A stretch of 64,000 nt of DNA from Longimicrobiales bacterium (GTDB lineage Bacteria > Gemmatimonadota > Gemmatimonadetes > Longimicrobiales > Gaopeijiaceae): NCBI GenBank assembly GCA_965197725.1, contig CBDANQ010000061.1, forward strand, positions 32,001 to 96,000, read 5' to 3'. The translations under genes and the position numbers were made by a program. Under the pieces are notes generated by a model. The model saw only the letters and a program-made list of their open reading frames with translations. It was not told the origin of the DNA and did not search any database. Position 1 is the first letter of the stretch, and every line of letters begins with the position of its first letter. Positions 1-9,533 of this stretch are shown here, in pieces.

Positions 1-2
1 GA

Positions 3-260
3 TCCACCTGGGGCGCCGAGTTCGACCCGCTCGACACCGAGCAACGGTTCCTTTACGTGCCCGACGGCACCAACAACAAGGTGTGGGCCCTGGATAGGGC
101 GACGCTCGAGCCCGTGTACTCGTGGGGTTCGGCCGGGCGCCAGCCGGGCCAGTTCGATTGGCTCCACTACATGGCGTTCGATTCCCAGGGGAATCTCTAC
201 ACCGGCTCGGTGCAGACCGGCCACCGGATCCAGAAGTTCGTGCGTCTAAACGGCAACTAG
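3..260 (+). CDS. NHL-repeat / beta-propeller protein, C-terminal part (5' end outside window)
   Basis: Open frame from window edge: FLYVPDGTNNKVW...GSAGRQPGQFDWLHYMAFDSQGNLYT, typical NHL repeat motifs. Confidence 0.75.
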   Translation, partial: STWGAEFDPLDTEQRFLYVPDGTNNKVWALDRATLEPVYSWGSAGRQPGQFDWLHYMAFDSQGNLYTGSVQTGHRIQKFVRLNGN

Positions 261-303
261 GCGTTTTCGAGTTTACTCTCTTACGTCGGATCAGTCCCCT
301 CGG

Positions 304-324
304 AGGGTGATCGGAAAGGGGGGG
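304..324 (+). repeat. Solo copy of the AGGGTGATCGGAA(A)GGGGGG terminal-repeat family
   Basis: Near-identical to copies at 25714-25737, 26892-26916 and 27155-27179. Confidence 0.75.
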
Positions 325-344
325 TGGGCCGCCACCCCGGGCCT

Positions 345-422
345 CCCGAACGCCAGCAGGATAGAGCCGACGATCACCACGCCTTCCACGAAGACGCGCA
401 GCCAGGGGATCTGGGCCTTCAA
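345..422 (-). pseudogene. N-terminal fragment of a membrane-anchored hypothetical protein
   Basis: TTG-KPQIPWLRVFVEGVVIVGSILLAFG hydrophobic N-terminus, breaking off just before the repeat at 304-324. Confidence 0.45.
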
Positions 423-597
423 TTACTGCCCATCCGCTCGCGAAGCTCGGTGAGCCAATTGGTAACGAGTGTCGGGCAACACTAACACGAGAGGTAGCTG
501 GAGATGGTTGGCCGGAGTATCGGCTGGCTCCATTGGGGAGGAAGCGAGTCGTTGAGTACCAGGCTCATGTCAGCGAAAGCCGCTTTTCGCCCTCGGG

Positions 598-987
598 TCA
601 GCCTCCCGCAGACGCGAGCATGGCCCCGTAGGCCACCAATGCGACGAACAAGATCACGCCGAGCAAGAACAGGATTCCCATCACCTTGAACGCCGAGCCG
701 AGCTTGTCCAGCGCGGTCATGAGGTGGTCGATGTCGTTGCCGGCGGTCTCGACCACGGTCTTCATGGAAACTGCCGCGCCCCGGAAATTGAGACCGATGA
801 TGAAATAGATCGCCGCCGCGATGAGGGCGCCGAGGCGCTCGACGTCGAGGATCAGCATCCCGCCGATCACCATGAGGCCCCCGCTAGCCATCAGGATCCA
901 GGCGAGCAAGCCGGCCCAAGTGGCCGCCTTCTTGAGAATCTCGTTCTGGGCTGCGGTGAATTCGTAGTGGCCGGTGTCGCTATCCAT
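598..987 (-). CDS. Small membrane protein (3 TM, DUF5362-like)
   Basis: GGAG RBS ahead of ATG 987; hydrophobic helices; YEFTAAQNEILKK N-terminus. Confidence 0.65.
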   Translation of the reverse strand: MDSDTGHYEFTAAQNEILKKAATWAGLLAWILMASGGLMVIGGMLILDVERLGALIAAAIYFIIGLNFRGAAVSMKTVVETAGNDIDHLMTALDKLGSAFKVMGILFLLGVILFVALVAYGAMLASAGG

Positions 988-1146
988 GCGCATCTCCCGA
1001 GTGGAGGGTAGAAGCGGCCCAAACGACGCCTCGCGTGAGCAGTGGCCGAGGGCCAGCAGAACCCGAAAGGGCCTCCGGCCGGCATCCGGGACCAAGATGT
1101 ACCGGCAACGGGCCAGGGGCAACAAGAACCCCCTGCCAAAAGGGGG

Positions 1147-1218
1147 TCAGAAGAGTAAGGAATCCGCCTCACCCGAATCGAACAGCGGCAGGATGTGCGG
1201 GTGCGTGCTGTTCGCGCG
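1147..1218 (-). pseudogene. Fragment of a Hanks-type Ser/Thr protein kinase
   Basis: ANSTHPHILPLFDSGEADSLLF matches the kinase subdomain IV-V motif (L.HPHILPL.DSG); no flanking kinase sequence. Confidence 0.6.
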
Positions 1219-1533
1219 CGGTATGCATCTTTGGTCGTGCAGTTGAGGCGCAAATCCGTTCGCCAATGGCACTGAGTGTGACATATGGCTCGAAAGAAGG
1301 AATACCAGTGGGCCCTGCAAGACCAGATCTCGATAGTGGAGCTGGAGGACTGCCGAGAGCCGACGACGGGTTCCATGAACCATGTCGAGGATCTCCGAGA
1401 GGAGCGGTCCCAGATACAACGTATGCACGATGCGGGGCTTACCGGTCCACAGGAGGGTGATGTACATGCTCCCCGGAAGAGGGGCAGACCCAGTTAGCCG
1501 CGCGGGCTTGCCCGACGTGGCCACGGCGGTTAA

Positions 1534-1662
1534 CTAAACCAGATAAAGTAGAGGCGGGACACGACCGGTCGCGATCTCGCGGCGCTTCACGAGCGCCCCG
1601 TCGGAGTCGAGGGTGGCGATCACGAAACTGCGGTCGTGGAGATCGATTCTGTGCTTGAGCAT
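1534..1662 (-). pseudogene. IS110-family transposase N-terminal remnant
   Basis: MLKHRIDLHDRSFVIATLDSDGALV resembles the IS110 DEDD start GIDLHK...V..LD..G. Confidence 0.5.
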
Positions 1663-1877
1663 GATGATCCGTGATGGGGTTCTGATGGGGGTCGCGGCTG
1701 AAGAAAGTGCCGTGATGAGCGAGCGAGCGTACGCAAGGGGTCGTTCACAGTTCGCAACACCGAAATCTCCACGCATTGCAGCCGCCATGACATCCCGACG
1801 GTCCTTAGTTCGACCTTATCGCCTGGCCTTCTTGCGATAGGTGACCGCAAGCCAACTCTTAGACTGGAGGTTTGAGT

Positions 1878-2789
1878 ATGCGCGGCATGGTATGCGGCAT
1901 GGTATTCGGGCTGCTCTTGGTGCTTTTCAGTGGTCGAGCGTTCGCCCAGCAATCAGTCATGCTGGACGAACTGACGGCGTCTGAAATCATCGACGCAGTG
2001 GCAGCAGGAAAGACGACGTTGATTCTGTATACGGGAGGCCACCATGAAAACATGTACTCCAGTACGGTCAACAGCGTAAATGGACCAACTCGAGACGCCG
2101 TTGTCATCGGCAAGCACAACATCATTGGCCAGTACTTGGCGCGTCGTGTTGCCGAGGAACTCGGGAACGCCTTGGCGCTTGGCGTCATCCCATACACGCC
2201 CAATGGGAGGGCCATGGGGCAATCAGGCGAGGAATATACGGGCGAGCTCGAGGAAAACCCCGGGCATATGAGGTTTCCAGGTACGATTAGCGTCACGGAT
2301 GAAACCTACCTGCGCCTGCTGGACGACATCGCGAGCAGCGCCATCATGTCGAGCCACTTCAAGAATGTCGTCATGCTGGGCGACAACGGTGGTGGTCAGA
2401 ATGTGATGAAGAACGCGGCGGAGGGGCTCAGTAGTAAGTGGGAGCCTAAAGGAGTGGGCGTCTACTACTTCAACGTTTATGCAGAGGCCAAACTGGAGTG
2501 TGCGAAGACGATCTCGCAGCTCGCCCTGCCGCCAGAGTTGCCAAGGGGCAGCGGGCCAGGGGGCGGATGTATCATTCCGATCGACGATGCGGCGGAAGTG
2601 CTCGCGCTCGATCCAGATGGCAAATTCGTTCGGATACATAAACTCACCGTTCCGCCGGTCGGGGCCAGACTGGTGACACCAGAACTAGGACGTATTCTTC
2701 TGGAGCAGAAGGTGAAACTGGCGGTGGGCCATATCCTCGACGAAGTGCCACGGAGCCAGGGGGTCACGTTCGCGCCCGACTCCCACTAG
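1878..2789 (+). CDS. Creatininase-family amidohydrolase with signal peptide
   Basis: GGAGG RBS; signal peptide ending AFA-QQ; DELT..EI..A...GKTT, GKHN, HMRFPGTISV, GDNGGGQ. Confidence 0.8.
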   Translation: MRGMVCGMVFGLLLVLFSGRAFAQQSVMLDELTASEIIDAVAAGKTTLILYTGGHHENMYSSTVNSVNGPTRDAVVIGKHNIIGQYLARRVAEELGNALALGVIPYTPNGRAMGQSGEEYTGELEENPGHMRFPGTISVTDETYLRLLDDIASSAIMSSHFKNVVMLGDNGGGQNVMKNAAEGLSSKWEPKGVGVYYFNVYAEAKLECAKTISQLALPPELPRGSGPGGGCIIPIDDAAEVLALDPDGKFVRIHKLTVPPVGARLVTPELGRILLEQKVKLAVGHILDEVPRSQGVTFAPDSH

Positions 2790-4372
2790 CAGCTCCGACC
2801 TTCCTCGTTCCCGTTCTTCGTCAAAATGCGGATTCGTGCTCGGGAGAGCTGCGCACGTAGCGCTAGGCTTATTCAATTCAATTCTTCCCTAGGTTCCCAG
2901 CGGATGATGGGTGGGAGAGAAGGCAGACACGCGGGGGCTGTGTTGTTGTGCAAGAAGCGGGTTTTGGGGTCTGACGAGGCGATATTCGGCCCAAGGAAGG
3001 CGAAATAGCGCCGAATACGGCGGAAAAAGCGCGAGACGCGGGTTGTAACCTGAGTTGCGAGCGCAGCTTGTACGGTAGTGAGGCCCTGTAACGCACGGGG
3101 GGTTCCAACCCCGAACCGCTTGCGCATGAGAAGGCCGAGGTTGAAGGCCGCCGCGTGGATCAACATCCGTTTTCGAATCTCCTCCTGGCCCCGTATGTGG
3201 ACGCGACGCAGCCCTCCGGTCACAAGCAAGTGCGCAAACCCCCGCTCCACCTTCTCGCCGCGCTGGCGCAGCAGCCGCATCCCCCGGTTGCCGCGGATCC
3301 GGCGGCGGTTGTCGTAGGTCGGCTTCTGCGCGTCCCGGTTGTTCTTCCATTTCCGGCGCCCGCGGTTGGGCTCGCTCACATAGCTGCGCAGCTCCCGCTC
3401 CTTCACGCCCGTCATGGTCTTGTTCGAGTGGTAGCCTTTGTCGGCCACCACTTCCTCGGGCTCTACCTGCACTACTTCCAGCTGCCGCTCTGCCTCGTCC
3501 AGCGTGTTGGGCAGCGACGCCACATCTCCCCCGTCCATCGTCTGCACCGTCACCGCCACAAGCGCACCGGTCTCCATGTCGACCGCCTGCTCCAACTTGT
3601 GCGCCAGGCGCGTCCTGCCGTCCTTCATCTTCGTGATCCGCGCCTCCGGGTCGTGCGGATGCACCCAGTCTTTGTTCGAGCCCTTCTTCGGACGCTTCCG
3701 GTCCAGCGTCGTCAGATCCTTGCGCGTCGGCGTCTCGATCCCCGACGCCCGGGCCACCTGCTCCAGCCATTCATCGTAGCCCAACCCGTCGTCGCGCCGC
3801 ACGATCGTGCGCATCGCCGCATTCGCCTCCAGCGTCGTCGAGTCGACGCCCAGCGTCTTGCCGCTCAGCAACCCCGACCCCTTCAGCAGCTCCAGCACCC
3901 GCCCGAACACCGCCGCGTGCGCTTCCACGCTCAGGCGCTTGCGCGTCTTCGACAGGGTCGAATGCTCCGGCGGGTTCTTCGCCCACCCGTATCCCAGAAA
4001 CTCACGCAACGACAACGAGTCCCCACACCGCCAGGCAATGCCCCGCTCCGAGCCGATCCCTTCGAGGTAGCCCACCATCATCATTCGGAAATACACCCCG
4101 GGAGCAATCCCCGGCCGACCCCGATTGTCCGCGTAGAACTCACGGCATGCCTCTTCCGCGAACTCGTCAAACCCGCTTTTCGCCAGAAGCTCGTTCAAGG
4201 CCCAGTAGAACGGGTTGTCCAAGGCCCGAATCTCGCTCGCCACCACGAACATCTCGCCCTGCCGAGCCTCGGGCCGCTTGCCTACCGCCATCGCCGTCCT
4301 CGCTGCAAAAACCCTCGTGTCCTCCTGATTTAACACAACAGCGATGACCGGACTTTATCCACGGTCTGCTAG
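2786..4372 (-). mobile_element. IS1182-family insertion sequence (one end uncertain)
   Basis: Transposase plus CTAG-bounded end GACTTTATCCACGGTCTGCTAG (4351-4372); the other end only weakly matches (CTAGCAG at 2786). Confidence 0.6.
2873..4336 (-). CDS. IS1182-family DDE transposase
   Basis: GRPGIAPGVYFRMM, SERGIAWR..DSLSLREFLG, VDSTTLEANA, ADKGY, VER.FAH motifs. Confidence 0.9.
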   Translation of the reverse strand: MLNQEDTRVFAARTAMAVGKRPEARQGEMFVVASEIRALDNPFYWALNELLAKSGFDEFAEEACREFYADNRGRPGIAPGVYFRMMMVGYLEGIGSERGIAWRCGDSLSLREFLGYGWAKNPPEHSTLSKTRKRLSVEAHAAVFGRVLELLKGSGLLSGKTLGVDSTTLEANAAMRTIVRRDDGLGYDEWLEQVARASGIETPTRKDLTTLDRKRPKKGSNKDWVHPHDPEARITKMKDGRTRLAHKLEQAVDMETGALVAVTVQTMDGGDVASLPNTLDEAERQLEVVQVEPEEVVADKGYHSNKTMTGVKERELRSYVSEPNRGRRKWKNNRDAQKPTYDNRRRIRGNRGMRLLRQRGEKVERGFAHLLVTGGLRRVHIRGQEEIRKRMLIHAAAFNLGLLMRKRFGVGTPRALQGLTTVQAALATQVTTRVSRFFRRIRRYFAFLGPNIASSDPKTRFLHNNTAPACLPSLPPIIRWEPREELN

Positions 4373-4405
4373 TCGCTTCTCACATCTCACAAAGGGGGGT
4401 GGGCC

Positions 4406-5329
4406 ATGCAAGACGGAAGCTGTTTCCCGGACGCTGGCACGCGGCATGTGGTTTGGGCAACTGGCCTAGCGGTCCTCCTCGGAGGCGTTCTCGCAGGGTG
4501 TTCGCCTGTTCAGGAGGGCCGCGCACAGCAAGGGCAAGGTGGCCGGTTGAATGGAATTATCGAGCGGGCCGAGCGGGGTGAGCTGATCTTTAACGGGGAA
4601 TCATGGCAAATGCTGCCGGATCAGGAGCACGATGTGTTCGGACTTTTCAAGCTCGAGGCGGCACTCGCCACCCTTCGGCCGGAAGGGTCCACGCGGCCGA
4701 CGCTGGCGCCAGTAGTGCGAGTTGGGATGGAAGCCGGTCAGCAAGAGAAGCATTACGTCAAGCAGCTGCTGGATGCAGGCCTCATGGGGCTCATTCTCCC
4801 ACAGGTCCAGACGGCGGAGCAGGTATACGAGTTCATCTCCGCGATGCGCTATCCGCCCCAGCAAGAAGGACGATGGTACTCGGGGGAACCGCTCGGGAAG
4901 CGAGGGTGGTCCCCAGGTCGGGCAGTACAGTTATGGGGAGTGAGTACGGAGGAATACGCACGCAAGGCCGACGTGTGGCCCCTCAGTCCGGAGGGGGAAC
5001 TGCTTGCGATAATCTTGGTTGAGACGAAGCAGGCGGTGGACAACATTGAGGATATTCTCGAAGTACCGGGCTTAGGAGCGGCATTACTGGGTATGGGCGA
5101 CCTGAGCATGTCGCTGGGCGTGGGGACACCCGCTTCCGATCAGAACCATCCGGACGTTATGGCCGCTGTCGATCGAGTCGCTGCGGCCTGTGCGGCGCAT
5201 CAAGAAAGGGGAGGAAAAGTCATCTGCGGCAGGTATCAGACGCCAGAAGGTCTTGAAGCCGCCATCGGCAAGGGATTCACGATGTTTACGTCCGAGCGGG
5301 GAAGCTATCGGGGGGACCTGACTCGCTAG
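4406..5329 (+). CDS. HpcH/HpaI aldolase-family protein with lipoprotein-like signal
   Basis: VKQLLDAG.MG.ILP.V, MRYPP...G.RG, ETKQAVDNIEDILEVPG, GDLSMSLG; LAGC lipobox. Confidence 0.85.
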   Translation: MQDGSCFPDAGTRHVVWATGLAVLLGGVLAGCSPVQEGRAQQGQGGRLNGIIERAERGELIFNGESWQMLPDQEHDVFGLFKLEAALATLRPEGSTRPTLAPVVRVGMEAGQQEKHYVKQLLDAGLMGLILPQVQTAEQVYEFISAMRYPPQQEGRWYSGEPLGKRGWSPGRAVQLWGVSTEEYARKADVWPLSPEGELLAIILVETKQAVDNIEDILEVPGLGAALLGMGDLSMSLGVGTPASDQNHPDVMAAVDRVAAACAAHQERGGKVICGRYQTPEGLEAAIGKGFTMFTSERGSYRGDLTR

Positions 5330-5382
5330 TCTGGAGGGTGAGGCACGGCGGTCTCCCGCGTGGGTTGCGTGGTGCATACGCC

Positions 5383-6240
5383 CTAGCGGCTCGCAATCGC
5401 GGCCCGGATGGCCTTCGCCGTGATGGCAGCACGGTACGCAACCAGGCGTCGACCGTTCTCGATCGTCTGTTCCAGAGGCGCAAGGTCCACGCCATTGATG
5501 CTGAACAGACCAGCCTCCAGGCGCTGTTCCGCCCGAATCCGGTTCGGGTCGGTCGTCGCGATAATCGATGAATAGTGGTAGTCGTCGTGGTATTCGTTCC
5601 GCGTCGCCGCACACTCGTCCGGCTGTTGGAAGATCCCCAGCTCCTCCTTGAGAAAGTCGCAACTGTAGATGTCCTCACTGTAGTACTCGGGAATGAAGTG
5701 CACTCGAGCGGGTGTGCCACTCCACGCGGCGTTCAGCTGCTCGGTCACCGTCGCCATGCCATGCCGATTCCCGCCACTATCGCCGATCAACACGATATCG
5801 TTGAAGCCGTGCATCGCGAGGCTGCTCACCACGTCCGTGAGCAGGGCGACGAACGTTTCTTGGGTGACGCTGATCGTGGCGTGATAGCGCATGTGACCGG
5901 AGGGCGGATCAATATCACCTTCCGGCACGAACTTCACGATCGGAGCGACCAGGGCATCTCCGAGCTCCCGAGCGATCGCCTCGGTCGTCGCCTGCAGCAC
6001 GAAGTTGTGTTTGCCGCTCGCCACATATGGACCGTTCTGCTCGACGCCGCCGGTCGCGACGATCGCGGTGGTCGTGCCCCCCTCGATCGCGTCCCGGACC
6101 TCCATCCACGTCATCTCCTCGATGAATACCGTGCTGAAGGCGGCGATCGGACGGCGTGCGTCGAGGTCCTGCGCCACGGCGGCCGAGCCCAGGAGATGCA
6201 GGGATGCAAGCCCCGCTATGATCCAGATCGACTCTCTCAT
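5383..6240 (-). CDS. Creatininase-family amidohydrolase with signal peptide
   Basis: EEMTWMEVRDAI, TGGVEQNGPY..GKHN, GDSGGN, HDDY; signal peptide AVA-QD. Confidence 0.88.
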   Translation of the reverse strand: MRESIWIIAGLASLHLLGSAAVAQDLDARRPIAAFSTVFIEEMTWMEVRDAIEGGTTTAIVATGGVEQNGPYVASGKHNFVLQATTEAIARELGDALVAPIVKFVPEGDIDPPSGHMRYHATISVTQETFVALLTDVVSSLAMHGFNDIVLIGDSGGNRHGMATVTEQLNAAWSGTPARVHFIPEYYSEDIYSCDFLKEELGIFQQPDECAATRNEYHDDYHYSSIIATTDPNRIRAEQRLEAGLFSINGVDLAPLEQTIENGRRLVAYRAAITAKAIRAAIASR

Positions 6241-6420
6241 GACAGAAATCCTCCTGGCGAAAGGAACTCCCCCTTAGGCCGTGATCTGTACCTATCACGA
6301 TGACAAGATCGGTGACGAGCCCCCCGCCGCAGGGAAGACATGGGCTTCCAGCTTTTTGGGCTTACGGTCAGCTAGTGGCCCGAATCGGGTGGGTGGTTCC
6401 TTTACCGACGCTGTGATGGC

Positions 6421-7023
6421 TTAACGGCCGCCATGCCCCGCCGGCTCGTCAGCGTCCGACCCGAGGAAGCGGATCAGCTCGGCGTTCACGATCTCCGGCA
6501 CCTCTTCGTGCGGGTTGTGGCCGACGCCGGGGATCAGGAAGACTTCGGCGTTGGGGAGCACGTCCACCGCATGCCGCGCGTTCCCAGGAAAGTCGGGTCC
6601 GTCGATCTCACCGCCGAGGATCAGCGTCTTCGTCTGGACGTGGGGCCAGTCGTCCACGACCGTATCCATCGAACGCAGGTTGCCACCGAGCGACCGTACA
6701 TAGGCCAGTCGCGGCCAGTCGCCGCTGAGGCGTTGGCCGTACCGGATACGAACGTGCTCGATGAACTTGGGTTTCCAGTTCACGTAGCGGCGCATCTCCG
6801 TCCGAACCCCGGCCTCGTACGCGCTCCGCAGGTCCGGCTCCGCGTCGATCTCCCCGGTGAAGGGCCGATACCCCCTTCCTGCGCGGCGGTCGGTCAGACC
6901 GGTCTGGTTGACCGTCACGAGGTGCGTCGTCATCTCCGGATAGAGGAAGGCGAAGCGGGTGGCCATCTGGCCGCCGATCGAGTGGCCCACGATGGCTGCC
7001 TCGGAGATCCCCAGGTGCTCTAG
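6421..7023 (-). pseudogene. Alpha/beta hydrolase lacking its N-terminal half
   Basis: LEHLGISEAAIVGHSIGG nucleophile elbow and GHNPH.E catalytic His; homology stops at CTAG 7020-7023. Confidence 0.8.
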
Positions 7024-7244
7024 CCCACGAGCAGAAGATCACCGCGATGATCCACGCCATCTACGACCTGGCTCGAAAGAAGAAGGACTACGCCACGGAG
7101 GCGCACCTTCAGTGGTTCATCACCGAGCAGGTCGAGGAGGAGGGCAAAGCAGGACTCGCGGTGGAGCAGCTGCAGCTGGCGGGGGACGACACGTCGGCAC
7201 TGCTCATGCTGGATCACCGCCTCGGGCAACGCCCTAAGGGATAG
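7020..7244 (+). pseudogene. Ferritin (FtnA-type) C-terminal half
   Basis: LAHEQKITAMIHAIYDLA..KDYAT..LQWFITEQVEEE matches ferritin helices C-D; N-terminal half absent. Confidence 0.85.
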
Positions 7245-7329
7245 CAGGTCGCCAGCAGCAATCATCGCACGTAACTCGTGCACTATTAGTTGCGACCTTT
7301 GCCAGACATCGGCTGGAAGTGCCACATCC

Positions 7330-8568
7330 TCACGCGGGTTCGACCTCCACCTCCATTCGAGCGTGTGCGACTCGGAGCGCGGTCTCTACCTGATCAGGCG
7401 TCTCCGCGTTGGCGAAAAGGAACCCTAGGTACCGATCGCCCTCAGGCAGGGGGACCATGGTCTGGCCTGGTGTGATCGTGATCTCGAGTCCCTCGATGCC
7501 CGGCACTTCAAGCGCCGCCTCTAACCCGCCGACCTGGCGCAGGACGCCGGACTGGGGAATCGGCAGCATCATGACGCCTGCCGCCCCGGTCTCTCGAACG
7601 AAGCCGTGAAGCGGCATGCCCAGCGCATGGCGCAGTATGAGCTCCTCCAGGGCTGCTTCCGGGTCGAACTTGAGGATCGCTGAGCAACGACCCCCGATCG
7701 AACGCGGGGCGATCTCGAGAAGTGAGATTTGGTCGGCGTCCACCCGCAACTCAGCGTGAATGGGGCCGTCAGAGAGGCCCAGGTGGGCAGCGCAGCGCCG
7801 CACGAAGAACACGATATCGTCCTGAACCCTGTCCGGGAGACGCGAAGGAGTCACGAGGATGGTCTCCTCGAAGAATGGCCCCTCCATAGGGTCCGGTTTG
7901 TCCAGGATGGCCAAGGTGAGGAGCTCACCCCCGGCGACGATCCCTTCAACCGCAACCTCGCGTCCTGGCAGGTAAGCCTCGATCAGGATCTCGGCCGCCA
8001 CGCCTTCGCTTCGCCCAACAACATCGCTCCCCTCGAGAATTCCCCGAATGCGGTGCCAGGCGCGGACGAACTCGTCGGGCGCATCGGCTCGGATCACACC
8101 GCGGCTGGCTGAGAGCGAGAGCGGCTTGAGAACACAGGGGAAGCCAGTCCTTGAGGCTACACTTACCGGATCGTCGCGGAGTGAGGCCACGTGGAAGCAA
8201 GGTGACGAGACCCCCGCCGCCGAGAGTCGCTTCCGCATAAGAGCCTTGTCCCGGGCATAGCGGACCGCCTCGCGCGGATGGTGCGTCAGGCCGAGAGCCT
8301 CGGACGCCGCTGCCGCCAACGGCGTGAACGCGTCCTCAGCCGCCACGATCCCCGCCAGGGGATAGTCGGAGGCGAACCGCACGACGGTGGCGGTCGATCG
8401 GTCGACGTCCCTGACGCCAACCGAGAGGGTGCCGCCTGGAGCGAGATCGGCTAGCACCTGCCTGTGATTCGAACCCACCGTCACGTCCACGCCGAGGCAG
8501 CGGGCCGCTAGGAGAAAAGCCTCGGCTCGATAGCTGGTTCGCGCGAACAGGAGAAGGACCCTTGGCAA
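7330..8568 (-). CDS. ATP-grasp domain protein
   Basis: DKALMR, GFPCVLKPLSLSASRGV, IEAYLPG.EVAVEG, HAELR, EIAPRSIGG. Confidence 0.88.
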   Translation of the reverse strand: MPRVLLLFARTSYRAEAFLLAARCLGVDVTVGSNHRQVLADLAPGGTLSVGVRDVDRSTATVVRFASDYPLAGIVAAEDAFTPLAAAASEALGLTHHPREAVRYARDKALMRKRLSAAGVSSPCFHVASLRDDPVSVASRTGFPCVLKPLSLSASRGVIRADAPDEFVRAWHRIRGILEGSDVVGRSEGVAAEILIEAYLPGREVAVEGIVAGGELLTLAILDKPDPMEGPFFEETILVTPSRLPDRVQDDIVFFVRRCAAHLGLSDGPIHAELRVDADQISLLEIAPRSIGGRCSAILKFDPEAALEELILRHALGMPLHGFVRETGAAGVMMLPIPQSGVLRQVGGLEAALEVPGIEGLEITITPGQTMVPLPEGDRYLGFLFANAETPDQVETALRVAHARMEVEVEPA

Positions 8569-8593
8569 GAACTGTCCGCCGCTGGAGGGCCCG

Positions 8594-9205
8594 CTACTTG
8601 GCGGCGGTGAAGTAGGGGCTATCGCCAGCCGAGTGGTTGGTTACGTCCTGGATGCCCGCGATCTCCGGCACCTGTTCCATGAAGATTCTCTCGATCCCCT
8701 GGCTCAGGGTTACGGACGCCATTCCGCACCCCTGGCAGCCCCCGCCCATCTGGAGGTAGACGATGTTGTCCCTCACCTCGACCAACGTTACGCGCCCGCC
8801 ATGCTGGGCCACTCCAGGGTTCACGTATTGATCGATCACCTGCTGAACCCGGTCAGCGAGAGGGCCCTCCAACGGCTTGGAGCCGATCGGCTCCAGGTTC
8901 GGGTTCTCCACTTTGAACCCGCTCTCCATCACGGTTTCGATCCAATCGATGCGGGCACCGTCAAGGATCTTCGCGCTCTCGGGGTCCATCACAACCTCGA
9001 ACCCGTGGTCGTCGAACACGAGGTCTTCTTCGCACTTCTCATGGTGCTCGATCAGCGTGATGTCGTAACGGGGATCAAGCGGACTGGGGCTCGCGACGTG
9101 GATGCGCAGTGCAAACCTGGTGTCGCTGTCCCTCTCAAGGAAGCCGAGGACCGTCTCTCTTGCGAGGTCCGTAAACTCGACGGGCGCCTTCGTGGTGTTG
9201 CTCAT
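8594..9205 (-). CDS. nfuA: Fe-S biogenesis protein NfuA (A-type-like N-domain + NifU C-domain)
   Basis: VNPGVAQHGG, GGGCQGCGMASVTL. Confidence 0.88.
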   Translation of the reverse strand: MSNTTKAPVEFTDLARETVLGFLERDSDTRFALRIHVASPSPLDPRYDITLIEHHEKCEEDLVFDDHGFEVVMDPESAKILDGARIDWIETVMESGFKVENPNLEPIGSKPLEGPLADRVQQVIDQYVNPGVAQHGGRVTLVEVRDNIVYLQMGGGCQGCGMASVTLSQGIERIFMEQVPEIAGIQDVTNHSAGDSPYFTAAK

Positions 9206-9533
9206 TGCTTAAGCGTCGACTCTGGGCTGGTCGATGGACGAGCCCTAATCTAGGGCATCATGGGCCGCCCGTCACGCTTCCCATTCACTTCCCGCCAGCC
9301 CGACGTCCGGGCGCTTATCACGGCCTCTCTCGCGCACACGTTGCTGATGTGGCGTGCGAGTTGTAATGGAGTTGACCCTGTTGTGCTTCAGGACCTCTCG
9401 GACAAGTGGAATCCGGCCGCTTCAGCAAGCAGTAGCGCATACCCTGAGGACGGGCACATAGCGGTCGGCCTGGAGGCGCCTGGCCTCGCTCGTGTGCCCG
9501 GCCTCGGAATAGGCCGCACCGAGAAGCACCCGA

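Noticed and set aside
2861..2892. CTAGGCTTATTCAATTCAATTCTTCCCTAG as the IS1182 right end
   Set aside because: Not complementary to the 4351-4372 end, so it cannot be assigned; it may be a scrap of another element.
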